Below, piece after piece: positions 54,036 to 63,603 of a DNA stretch of 64,000 nt (positions within the stretch are counted from its first letter, which is position 1; the number at the start of each line of letters is the position of its first letter). The notes under the pieces were generated by a model that had not been told where the DNA came from, ran no database searches, and was given only the letters and a program-made list of their open reading frames with translations. A program made the position numbers and the translations under genes. This DNA is from Prochlorococcus sp. AG-363-B05 (lineage in GTDB: Bacteria; Cyanobacteriota; Cyanobacteriia; PCC-6307; Cyanobiaceae), in contig QCFD01000003.1 in the NCBI GenBank assembly GCA_003278445.1, forward strand, positions 1,228 through 65,227, read 5' to 3'.

Positions 54036-54365
54036 ATGCAGAAAACAAAATTTAGAAATTTTCTTGAATCTTTTTTATTATTTATTAAACCTATTATTTC
54101 TGACTCATGGAGCAAAAGAAGTATTTTAATACTTTCATTATTATCTGGTTTTTATCTAACTAATAACTTTATTTCTTTTTTATTGGATAAATCCTTTAAT
54201 ACATTATTTCTAGTTATTGTTCTTTTATTATTTATGGAATTATCAATTAGAAGCTTATTATTTTCTAAATTTAAAAAAATATCATTAATACTACAAGCTG
54301 TTAATAATTTAAGAATTGGATCAACCTATGCACTCATCCTTGAAGCTTTTAAACTTGGTTCTTAA
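54036..54365 (+). CDS. DUF565 / Ycf20 family membrane protein
   Basis: MQKTKF N-terminus and EAFKLGS C-terminus. Confidence 0.9.
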   Translation: MQKTKFRNFLESFLLFIKPIISDSWSKRSILILSLLSGFYLTNNFISFLLDKSFNTLFLVIVLLLFMELSIRSLLFSKFKKISLILQAVNNLRIGSTYALILEAFKLGS

Positions 54366-54371
54366 TTAAGG

Positions 54372-54551
54372 TTATTCAGAATCGTCTTCTGTGGTCTCAC
54401 TCATTGGATAAACGAAACCCTGAGCTCTTCCTGTTAGTACTGATTTGCCTATAGATAATGCTTTTTCAGCTGCTATAGCAGCTTTACCTTTCCATATCGC
54501 ATGCCTTTGATTTCTTTTTCCCTTAGAGGTCTTTTTCTTTGGTACCGCCAT
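54372..54551 (-). CDS. rpmF: 50S ribosomal protein L32 (not in ORF track)
   Basis: [41 protein letters not shown]... Confidence 0.97.
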   Translation of the reverse strand: MAVPKKKTSKGKRNQRHAIWKGKAAIAAEKALSIGKSVLTGRAQGFVYPMSETTEDDSE

Positions 54552-54719
54552 TTTTCCTGCTTTTGCTGATGTTTTATTTTATAACGTCACGCTCCATTTA
54601 ACAAAAAACATTTTTCCAAAAACTAAATTCTTTTCTTTTTTCTAAATAAACTCAAGTGAGTTCATATTTTGACTATAGTTTATTTTAAATTCACATGAAT
54701 TAGTTTAACTAATTATCTA

Positions 54720-56447
54720 ATGAGAAAAAGTTATAGTCAATTATTAAAGGATATTGAGGGTGGAGAAATTATTTCTATCATTTTAATACCAAATAGACGA
54801 GAGGTAATTGTTGAATTTAGAAGTGGTGAGAAAGATGTAATACCAATATTTTATAATGATCAAAAAATACTTAGGATATCAGAAGAATACAAAGTACCCC
54901 TTACTGTAAGAGATCCTAGGTCAGAACAACGATTAACAAATTTACTTACAGGACTTGGTCTTTCATTAATCTTTGTTTTATCTCTTTCCTTTTTAATAAG
55001 GAGATCATCGAAGTTAATAAATAGTATGCAGAGTTTTGTTAGGAGATCATCTGAGGTTAAACAAGATGAAATCTCTAGAATAACTTTTGATGATGTTGCT
55101 GGTTTAAATGAAGAAACAGAGGAATTAAAAGAAATTGTAACCTTCCTAAAAAGCCCTAAAATCCTTATTGACCTTGGCGCTATCACACCAAAAGGTGTTT
55201 TGTTGGTAGGCCCTCCAGGAACAGGCAAGACTTTATTAGCTCGAGCAATTGCAGGCGAAGCAAATGTACCTTTTTTTTCTATTTCAGCGTCTGAATTTGT
55301 TGAAATGTTTGTTGGCGTTGGCGCTGGAAGAGTTAGAGATCTTTTTAAAAGTGCAAAGGCAAAATCGCCCTGCATCGTATTTATTGATGAAATAGACTCA
55401 ATTGGTCGTCAAAGAGGTACTGGAATTGGAGGAGGAAATGATGAAAGAGAGCAAACCTTAAACCAACTTCTTACTGAAATGGATGGCTTCGCTACTAATA
55501 GCGGAGTAATTGTTATAGCAGCTACTAATAGGCCCGATGTCCTTGATCTTGCTCTAACTAGACCGGGGAGATTTGATCGACGTATTGACATATCACTTCC
55601 TGATAGAAATGCTAGATACAAAATTTTGTCAGTTCATGCAAGAACCAAACCGCTCTCTGATTCTGTCAAATTAAACGAATGGGCTATAAAAACTCCTGGT
55701 TTTTCTGGAGCTGATTTACAAAATCTATTAAATGAGGCGGCAATATATGCTGCTAGAAAAAATAAATCAACAATAAGCAGCAGTGAGATTGAGAAAGCTC
55801 TTGAAAAAACTCGCTTTGGATTAATGTCAAAACCAATTTCAGATTATACAAAAAAAAGGCAAATTGCATATCAAATTATTGGTAAAACGTTAGTTGCATT
55901 ATTAATTCCTTCACAAGATAAGTTAGATAAAATTTCATTGTTCAAATCAATTGGAGATATATCAGGAATGACCTACTTCACTCCTGATGAGGAGACTATT
56001 GATAGTGGGCTCATTACTCGAAGCTACATTTATAACAAGATTGTCATTTCACTTGGTGCCAGAGCAGCCGAAACAATTGTTTTTGGTTTTAATGAAGTTA
56101 CTCAAGGCTCTCAGAAGGACCTTGAAAATGTCTATTTTTGGTCTAATCAAATGGTTACTAAATTTGGTTTCTCTCCACTTGGACCAATTGCATATGAAAC
56201 AAGTGATTCTATCTTTCTTGGAAGGAGAATAATGCAAAATAAACAAGATTATTCTCAGAAAACAAGTAAAGAGATTGATAAGCAAATTATATCAATTGCA
56301 AATAAAGGTATTAATCATGCAATTAAACTTTTATCAGATAAAGTTGAATTGATGGATTTACTTGTTAACGAACTAATAGATAAAGAAACACTTGATGCTA
56401 AATATATAATTGATAAGCTTGAAAACTTCACCAATTCAAGATGCTAA
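54720..56447 (+). CDS. ftsH: FtsH-family AAA+ protein lacking the HEXXH zinc motif
   Basis: Walker [25 protein letters not shown]; the M41 domain has YQIIGK in place of YHExGH. Confidence 0.93.
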   Translation: MRKSYSQLLKDIEGGEIISIILIPNRREVIVEFRSGEKDVIPIFYNDQKILRISEEYKVPLTVRDPRSEQRLTNLLTGLGLSLIFVLSLSFLIRRSSKLINSMQSFVRRSSEVKQDEISRITFDDVAGLNEETEELKEIVTFLKSPKILIDLGAITPKGVLLVGPPGTGKTLLARAIAGEANVPFFSISASEFVEMFVGVGAGRVRDLFKSAKAKSPCIVFIDEIDSIGRQRGTGIGGGNDEREQTLNQLLTEMDGFATNSGVIVIAATNRPDVLDLALTRPGRFDRRIDISLPDRNARYKILSVHARTKPLSDSVKLNEWAIKTPGFSGADLQNLLNEAAIYAARKNKSTISSSEIEKALEKTRFGLMSKPISDYTKKRQIAYQIIGKTLVALLIPSQDKLDKISLFKSIGDISGMTYFTPDEETIDSGLITRSYIYNKIVISLGARAAETIVFGFNEVTQGSQKDLENVYFWSNQMVTKFGFSPLGPIAYETSDSIFLGRRIMQNKQDYSQKTSKEIDKQIISIANKGINHAIKLLSDKVELMDLLVNELIDKETLDAKYIIDKLENFTNSRC

Positions 56448-56459
56448 TTTTCTTTAGTT

Positions 56460-57056
56460 TTACAATGCTGAGAAATATTCTTTGCTGCCTTTAGGGTCTT
56501 CTTTCATTGTTTTGTCACCTGGGGTCCAACCAGCAGGACATACCTCATCAGGATGAGACTCAACATATTGATATGCTTGTAAAATCCTTAGAGTCTCATC
56601 AATATTTCTACCTACAGGTGCTTTATTAATTGTTGAATGCATGATTACACCACTTGGGTTAATTATAAATAAACCCCTATCAGCTTCTCCATCTTCATTT
56701 AGTACATTATAAGCCTGACAAATTTCACGTTTGAGATCAGATACAAGTGGATAATTAATATCACCGATGCCTCCTTCATTTCTTGGTGTTTGTATCCAAG
56801 CTAAATGTGTAAATTTACTGTCTACTGATACTCCTAATACTTCTGTGTTTTTACTGCTGAAATCTGAATATCTATCGCTAAAAGCAGTAATTTCAGTAGG
56901 ACATACAAAAGTAAAATCTAATGGATAGAAAAATAAAACTACATACTTACCCCTGTACTGAGAAAGTGTGATGTCTTTAAATTCTTGATCAACGACTGCA
57001 GTTGCAGCAAAGTCAGGTGCTTGCATGCCTACCCTAAGGCATTCATTTGTCGTCAT
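56460..57056 (-). CDS. 2-Cys peroxiredoxin (AhpC/Tsa)
   Basis: [14 protein letters not shown] and EVCPAGW motifs; ATG at 57056 preferred. Confidence 0.97.
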   Translation of the reverse strand: MTTNECLRVGMQAPDFAATAVVDQEFKDITLSQYRGKYVVLFFYPLDFTFVCPTEITAFSDRYSDFSSKNTEVLGVSVDSKFTHLAWIQTPRNEGGIGDINYPLVSDLKREICQAYNVLNEDGEADRGLFIINPSGVIMHSTINKAPVGRNIDETLRILQAYQYVESHPDEVCPAGWTPGDKTMKEDPKGSKEYFSAL

Positions 57057-57178
57057 GGAAATTGTTGCGTATTTTGATTGGTTTAGAGGCAAGAGTACTT
57101 CCCCTTTTCCTATATATAATTTATCATGCTAAGACCATAGAAACATTCACTTTTATCTAAACGACCATAATCACTAAA

Positions 57179-57589
57179 ATGAATAAAGAAATTAGTTGGG
57201 ACCACTCCCTTGTTAAAAAATATAGTTCATCTAATCATTTTAAATTGTTAAATCAGTTAAAAAATGAAGTAAAAAAATACCCTTTAAATAATAAAAAAAA
57301 TATTTCATACAATAAAAGAAATAATTCTAATGATCAAGCCAACGACAATCTTATAAAGTCAAACTCTCAGGATACAACTTACTCCAAAATTTCTGATATT
57401 AATAATGATATAAGTGGTAGTCAATCAACAGTAAGTTTCAATAATTCAAAGAATTTCTCTATTTATAATAGTATGAATAAAGATTCAAAAGAACTATATG
57501 ATACTAAATCATTAGATGTTAATGATCCCAATGAAGAGAAGACCTCATCATCCTTTAAAGATCGATTAAACCAAGTAGATATGAAGTAA
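57179..57589 (+). CDS. hypothetical protein with an N/S/D-rich low-complexity middle
   Basis: Conserved-looking ends (WDHSLVKKYSSSNHFKLLNQL; FKDRLNQVDM). Confidence 0.7.
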   Translation: MNKEISWDHSLVKKYSSSNHFKLLNQLKNEVKKYPLNNKKNISYNKRNNSNDQANDNLIKSNSQDTTYSKISDINNDISGSQSTVSFNNSKNFSIYNSMNKDSKELYDTKSLDVNDPNEEKTSSSFKDRLNQVDMK

Positions 57590-57718
57590 TTCATTAAATT
57601 ATCAACAAATAAATAAATACGCTATGAATTAACTTATTAGAATTTTTATATATGCAAGTAGAGTGCAAATTAATAGAATAGTTATAAATTTAAATTCTTT
57701 TTTATTCTAAGAAAATAA

Positions 57719-57792
57719 TGTCAGTGGAGAGACTTGAACTCTCGACCTCAGCGTTATGAATGCTGTGCTCTAACCAGCTGAGCTACACTGAC
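57719..57792 (-). tRNA. tRNA-Met(CAT), elongator type
   Basis: GTCAGTGTAGCTCAGCTGGTTAGAGC...TTCATAA...GTTCAAGTC...CACTGACA cloverleaf; paired G1-C72 and no GGG/CCC anticodon stem, so not an initiator; Ile2 not fully excluded. Confidence 0.92.
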
Positions 57793-58887
57793 GTATTAAA
57801 ACCGTTGAATCTAACAGATTTATATTAGTTCCTATCATGTAAAAAATTCATGAAAAGAACAAAAACCAATCCGAAACTCAAAACAGTAATACAGCTTCCA
57901 TAATAATTGAGGATCGTCTAATAAGGAAGAAATCTTTAGATCTCGAATTTTTCTAGATTTTTCATAGAAGATTATTTTCAGGATTAGTAGTATTTTTTAT
58001 TAAGAAACTAATTTCAGGAGACTGTTTTTACGTATACGGGGACCCATTTACTTAAGAATCTCATTATTTATATAAAAATAAATCACTTCAGTATTAAAGA
58101 ATTAATAGTTTATTTGCCCTAAATAATTTGTAGATAGAGATTGTTGCCAATAATGAAAGTTATTGCTATTAATGCATTGAGGGTGATCGGAACATAATGA
58201 AGCTTCCCCAACAGCAAGCTTCGTCATCCTCAAATATTTATCGGTAAATACGCTATTCAATCAATTTATTTTTTATCCATCGCCTAGTAATGATTTAATT
58301 TTCACGAATTAATTGATCACACGGATGATGTTATTTTAGCACAATAAAATTTTCTAATATATTAGTTTTTCGTTTAATAATATATTTCAAGTAAAACGTG
58401 AATTCTTCTACTGCATCTTTCAAACTACAAAATAAAGTGAAACATCTTATAATTATTACCAATGAACTATAATCTCTTTTCCTAATTCTATTTTTCTTTA
58501 GCGCGAAATATAAAATATCACTTTTTTACTAGAAAATAGGACTATTTCTAGATTATTATTTATTCAATTTCATAATACTTTGAACTTCTATTATCAGTTA
58601 TTATTATCACATCAACCTATAAATAAGACAGTTATTACCCTTGGTTTATTATCCAAGTCAATTCAAGCTAATTGAATAATTTTTGAAGAATTTAGATTAA
58701 ACTCCTTATTTTGATATGATTTAGTATCAGAGACTCATGAATCAATAATAGAAAAATAGTTAAAATATAAAATCAAAATAATATAAACCTTTTGGATAAA
58801 ATTTAATTAATATTTATAATGTAATAATAATTATGATTAATTAAAGATTCTAATTTAAATAAATATTATTAGATATATTGATTATAA

Positions 58888-59025
58888 TTATTCATCATCA
58901 TCTTTACCTAGCCTAATTTCTACTCCTACAAAAGTTGCAAATAAAACAATTAATAAACCTATAATTGGTTTCCAAGCGCCTGTATGAATAACAGGCTCAG
59001 GAAAATGAAAGAAATCTGGCATCAT
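58888..59025 (-). CDS. 45 aa single-TM microprotein (not in ORF track)
   Basis: MMPDFFHFPEPVIHTGAWKPIIGLLIVLFATFVGVEIRLGKDDDE; starts 15 bp after the stop of ORF 59247. Confidence 0.75.
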   Translation of the reverse strand: MMPDFFHFPEPVIHTGAWKPIIGLLIVLFATFVGVEIRLGKDDDE

Positions 59026-59040
59026 AATTTAATAATACAA

Positions 59041-59247
59041 CTATTTTTCTTCTTCCCAATTTTCATCTGCCTGATCAAGAATATCTTCCACAGTATTGTC
59101 AAAAGTCTCAGCTACGGATCTCAGCATTTTTGAAATTGTTTCATCAGGGCATGCAAGATCTTTTTGAATACCTTCCGCACAGTCTTTTATTTCTTCCCAT
59201 GCATCCACTAAGACCTGCGAATCAACTGGCTTCCACTCATCAGACAT
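59041..59247 (-). CDS. 68 aa microprotein, C-x8-C helical family variant
   Basis: IKDCAEGIQKDLACPDETISKMLRSVA; AGGAG upstream on the minus strand. Confidence 0.8.
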   Translation of the reverse strand: MSDEWKPVDSQVLVDAWEEIKDCAEGIQKDLACPDETISKMLRSVAETFDNTVEDILDQADENWEEEK

Positions 59248-59381
59248 AGAGAACTCCTAAATAAGGTTAGGTTATGAAAAAGTCCGAGAACCAACAAATA
59301 TTAGCCATTAATTAGCAAATACTGTCTTAGTTTGTTCATTTATACAAAATCTATGATCTCAAATGCTAGTTTCTAAAACCT

Positions 59382-59537
59382 ATGAAAAATTCATTAGAAC
59401 AAATTAAGAAGCTGCCTACCAAAGCAGAAATCTCACTGAATAAGACTGCTCAACTTCAGCAAGTCATAGCCCAACTCGAGGCAAACCTCTCAAGGAAAGA
59501 AAATCAAAAGGTTACTGAGAAGTCAAAAAGAAATTAA
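59382..59537 (+). CDS. 51 aa coiled-coil microprotein, paralog 1 (not in ORF track)
   Basis: MKNSLEQIKKLPTKAEISLNKTAQLQQVIAQLEANLSRKENQKVTEKSKRN. Confidence 0.8.
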   Translation: MKNSLEQIKKLPTKAEISLNKTAQLQQVIAQLEANLSRKENQKVTEKSKRN

Positions 59538-60014
59538 ATTCATGTATCAAGAAGTTTCAAACCTTGAATTAGTGTTTACGTCATTTAAAAAACACCTATA
59601 AATAAATATAGAGACTATATTTTTATCATGCTTTTGCCTAAGCCTGTCCGTCCGGTAGATTCCGAAAAGAAAGGTAAAGACAGCTGAAACATAAATTTCT
59701 TTTTGTTGGCTTTATATTTATTTTATATTTTCATTAAATTTTAAAAGGGATATTGATCTGTAATGAGATTTATATCCTTTTATTAATAATCAAATGACTT
59801 TTCAGACAAGACATACAAGTCTAAAGCAAAAGGTCAGTTATTTTTTAATCATTTAAAAGCTAATTATAAAAAATATACTGGTGTATCCAACTGAAATCAA
59901 TTAATTCTGTTGACAACAAGAAAATCTTTGGCAAATTTGATTGTGTAGCTGATTTTTAAATTTCAGGATACATAAATCTACAAATTTATGAAAATTTGCA
60001 ACCTCAATGATTCT

Positions 60015-60176
60015 ATGAAAACTGCATCCAAAGAACTTCAGAAACTTAGATCAATGGCCGAAAAATCACTAAATAAAACAGCAGAACTACAGCAAGTATT
60101 AGCTCAGATTGAAGCAACATTATCAAGAGCTGAGACTTGTCAAGTTCTTCAAAAAAAAAATATGGAAACTAATTAA
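60015..60176 (+). CDS. 53 aa coiled-coil microprotein, paralog 2
   Basis: MKTASKELQKLRSMAEKSLNKTAELQQVLAQIEATLSRAE...; start inferred from the paralog. Confidence 0.8.
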   Translation: MKTASKELQKLRSMAEKSLNKTAELQQVLAQIEATLSRAETCQVLQKKNMETN

Positions 60177-60342
60177 TTAATACATAACGTCATTTAATAA
60201 TCAAATTATCCATTAATCTTATTTAAATAAATCAATATCTAATAAATTATAAATATTTAATTTATATATTAATAAAATTATTAATATATATTATAAGTAA
60301 AAACACTAAAGAATAGAATTTGAAAAATAAACTTTAAAACAA

Positions 60343-60534
60343 TTATTGATAAAAAATGTAGTGAAGAACAAGTGATAACAATATACCTGTCCAAAATCCC
60401 TTTAACCAAGATAATAGAATCATTTGATAATTACTTAATTGAAAATGCTCTTGGATTGCTACCGCTGCTTTTTCATCCAAGCCTATGAAAGGTAAATAAT
60501 TATTACCTTTTAATTTAAATAGCTTTCTAACCAT
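60343..60534 (-). CDS. small hypothetical membrane protein
   Basis: FQLSNYQM...WLKGFWTG followed by a C-terminal TM. Confidence 0.75.
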   Translation of the reverse strand: MVRKLFKLKGNNYLPFIGLDEKAAVAIQEHFQLSNYQMILLSWLKGFWTGILLSLVLHYIFYQ

Positions 60535-60972
60535 AAAGTATTTAATTGTTTAATATATTTTATACTAATTTTAGACTATTTAAAATAATGATTATATATT
60601 TGAAATGTAGTTCTTTTAGAATCTATTTACAATAGAAAGATAAAATACAGAAATAACTCACACCTATATTACAGATGAAAATAAATCAGAATATATATTA
60701 CCCTATTAATATATTAATAAAAAAATTAAATAAAAAAAATATATATGAAAAATCGTAAAATATAATGTTATTATCAAGTTAAATTCTATAATGAATCATT
60801 AATATGATACTCAAAGTGATAAATTAAACCAAAATAATAAATACCTATAGAAATTATCTTAAGATATTAATTTATTGGTCAAAGTTAAATAATTTAAAAC
60901 CGAAGTATTTATAAAAGAAAATAGTAAATAATTAAATAAAGAAGATTAATGAGAAAAGATTATAAGTGACAC

Positions 60973-61209
60973 TTATTGTTTATAAGGTATAACAGGGATA
61001 GCCATCCTCTTGTTATCGTAATTGATATCTGATTTTAATTTATCTTCATCATTTATTTTCTCTACTATGTTTCTCTTAATTTTATTCCTGGTCATATCAT
61101 TTCTAGCCTCAATGTTGACAAAAAAGAAATACACTGTTACCAGCAATAGATAGGGTAGGATGTTTTTAATGTTTATAAATATCGATTTCATTTTTGAACT
61201 AGCACTCAA
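60973..61209 (-). CDS. membrane-anchored hypothetical protein
   Basis: LPYLLLVTVYFFFVNIEAR...IPVIPY. Confidence 0.7.
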   Translation of the reverse strand: MSASSKMKSIFINIKNILPYLLLVTVYFFFVNIEARNDMTRNKIKRNIVEKINDEDKLKSDINYDNKRMAIPVIPYKQ

Positions 61210-61581
61210 ATAACTTGTTTCTATTATGATAACAGCTTAATTACATCTATAATGATATTTTTAATACTATTTATTGATAAATTATTAAGTTTAGCGATCT
61301 GATATATTCTATATATATAATTATCTGATAATCATTTCAAAGTAACTATAATTTATTTTATTAAGTAAATAAATTAAGTTTTCATTAAATTATTTAGATA
61401 TACATGAAGAATAAATTTAATTTATGAAATTAGATAATTTAGAGACATTGTTAATAAAGCTATTATTTATTCTTAAGCAGTTATAAATGATCAATTTATG
61501 CAATTTAATAATTGATTTTTGTAATAATTGAAACTATAATAAAAAAAATATCAATTATAATTAAAAAAAATTTTTTATTTT

Positions 61582-61767
61582 ATGACATCAAAGAAATCAG
61601 GAGCTATACAAGCAATTGAGGTTATGCTTAATGACTCAATATCAAGACTTGATAATTTGCATGGTATGAATAGAGAAGCTCTCTATGATGAATACAAAGA
61701 ATGGTTAGAGGTGGATGAAAGCAATATAATAAATGAAGGTGTTTTATACTGTAATTATCTTGGGTAA
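61582..61767 (+). CDS. hypothetical protein
   Basis: 61 aa; EALYDEYKEWL. Confidence 0.7.
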   Translation: MTSKKSGAIQAIEVMLNDSISRLDNLHGMNREALYDEYKEWLEVDESNIINEGVLYCNYLG

Positions 61768-61792
61768 TTTAAATTATTGAAAAAGGTTATTA

Positions 61793-62287
61793 TTACAATA
61801 AATTCATTTGATGACAAGCAGAATAAGATACTATTCCGCATGCTACTGATAAATTCAAGCTTCTAACGCCACTAGTTTTTAATACATTTTCACCTCCTGG
61901 CATTGGAATACCAGCAATCATTTCACATCTATTCATTATATAATCAGGTAAACCTGTATCTTCTCTACCAAATAGTAAAATATCTGTATTTCTATAACTA
62001 ATATTAGAAATTGAATTATTACTTTTTTTAGTTAAAGCTATGATTCTTGAAGAATTAAAGTGATTCTTATATTCATCAAATGTATCAAATAATTGAAGAT
62101 CAACATCTGGCCAATAATCTAAACCAGCTCTTTTTAAATATTTATCATCAAAACTAAAGCCTGTGGGTTTAATGATGTCTAAAGATAAATCAAAAGCTAA
62201 ACATGTTCGACCAATAGTTCCAGTGTTCTGAGGAATCCTTGGTTCAAAAAGTGCGATACGAGGTCTTTTGGTCATTCTATTATTCAT
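61793..62287 (-). CDS. trmL: tRNA (cytidine/uridine(34)-2'-O)-methyltransferase, SpoU family
   Basis: PRIPQNTGTIGR, KRAGLDYW, FGREDTGLP and RSLNLS motifs. Confidence 0.95.
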   Translation of the reverse strand: MNNRMTKRPRIALFEPRIPQNTGTIGRTCLAFDLSLDIIKPTGFSFDDKYLKRAGLDYWPDVDLQLFDTFDEYKNHFNSSRIIALTKKSNNSISNISYRNTDILLFGREDTGLPDYIMNRCEMIAGIPMPGGENVLKTSGVRSLNLSVACGIVSYSACHQMNLL

Positions 62288-62841
62288 AGTATTTTAAACC
62301 CTATTTTATTAAGATCAATTGCTGTACCATTAATTGCAAGCCATTTCTCTTTTGAATGAAGACTTATTGATGACGATAGGCTGCAAAGACGTTCGCGAAA
62401 CAAATGACCAATTGAAGTATAAGGAACTACACCCCAACCAATTTCCTCTGAGACAACAATAATTGCAAGATCACTCTTTAAAAGGCAATTAACAAAGCTT
62501 TTCTCGATTAATTGCCATTGATCGTCATCAATCATTAGGTACTGTTCAACTAAACCCCCTAAGGAGTCTATTAAGATTGATTCATTTTTCGGCATAGATT
62601 GAATAGTTTCACAAATGTTATGTGGATGTTCTATTAGCGTCCAATTATTAGGTCTTCTTTTCCTGTGAAAATTTATCTTTTGCTGCCATTCTTTGTCGTC
62701 ATGTCTTGGTTTTGATGTTGCAATATAAGTAATCGATTCTTGCTCTTTTATTAGAAACTCAGCTAATTGACTTTTACCACTTTTTATAGGACCAGAAATT
62801 ATTATTAGTCCAGAAAAATTCTTATCAATAGGTTTAAGCAT
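62284..62841 (-). CDS. cobU: adenosylcobinamide kinase / guanylyltransferase
   Basis: GPIKSGKS..AE, YIAT, HRKRRP and VSEEIGWGVVP motifs. Confidence 0.94.
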   Translation of the reverse strand: MLKPIDKNFSGLIIISGPIKSGKSQLAEFLIKEQESITYIATSKPRHDDKEWQQKINFHRKRRPNNWTLIEHPHNICETIQSMPKNESILIDSLGGLVEQYLMIDDDQWQLIEKSFVNCLLKSDLAIIVVSEEIGWGVVPYTSIGHLFRERLCSLSSSISLHSKEKWLAINGTAIDLNKIGFKIL

Positions 62842-62985
62842 ATCGTTATCTTAATAGATAAATTTCTAATTTCTATAAACTACACTATTTTCATTGAATA
62901 TCTTGTATAATTATAAATATTATTTTTAAGTGATATGTACAATTTAATTTAATAGAATCAGTGTTAATCTTAATTTTATAGCTTA

Positions 62986-63603
62986 ATGTACAAAATTTCA
63001 AACTTAGTAATTGTATTTGGTAGCTTTCTACTAATTTTATCGATTTTAAATATAGCAACAACTAGAGAATTTAATCCATCATTAGTAAGGGCAGAGACAA
63101 TTTCTGGGATTGCGTCAATTGTATTAATAACAATTGGCTATCTTTGGACTGAAATCAAGCCCAAAGAGCCTACAAAAGTTATTCTAAAGGGAAAAGAAGG
63201 CTTTGTAATTAATTTAGATTTAACAGAACAACAAAAACATGAATTAGCATGGGGTAGTCAACAAATACTTACAGCTACTGCAGCAAGTACAATATTAATT
63301 TATTGGGATAATAAAGTTATACTAAGGAGAGGTTTGATATCAAATAAAAAATTTATACCCGGTGAAATTTGTAAAAGAGCGATTAAACAAAAAAGATTAA
63401 TTTCATTAGTTAATACAGAACTATTTCCAGGAAAAGAAGAATTTGATGATGTATTGGAATCTTTGCCTGCTGTTATTATTTACCCTCTTTCTGATAAAGG
63501 TTTAACAATAGTTGGAGGTTGGTCTAAAAGATCCTTTACAAACTCAGATGAAAAATGGATTTCAGGTTGGTCAGATAAGATATTTGATCTACTTAATACT
63601 TGA
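62986..63603 (+). CDS. cofactor assembly of complex C subunit B (CCB2/CCB4 family)
   Basis: Two TM segments followed by a GAF-like domain (ELAWGS..LTAT, LFPGKEEF, RSFTNSDEKW). Confidence 0.8.
   Translation: MYKISNLVIVFGSFLLILSILNIATTREFNPSLVRAETISGIASIVLITIGYLWTEIKPKEPTKVILKGKEGFVINLDLTEQQKHELAWGSQQILTATAASTILIYWDNKVILRRGLISNKKFIPGEICKRAIKQKRLISLVNTELFPGKEEFDDVLESLPAVIIYPLSDKGLTIVGGWSKRSFTNSDEKWISGWSDKIFDLLNT

Noticed and set aside
4453-56285. Antisense or overlapping ORFs in the track (4453, 5972, 7500, 9795, 10586, 19712, 20203, 23764, 28055, 29675, 33610, 35483, 36214, 42519, 42737, 44314, 45845, 46456, 48606, 49089, 50019, 50342, 52749, 53719, 54860, 55409, 55987, 56049)
   Set aside because: They lie within well-supported genes on the other strand or frame and have shadow-ORF composition with no motifs.
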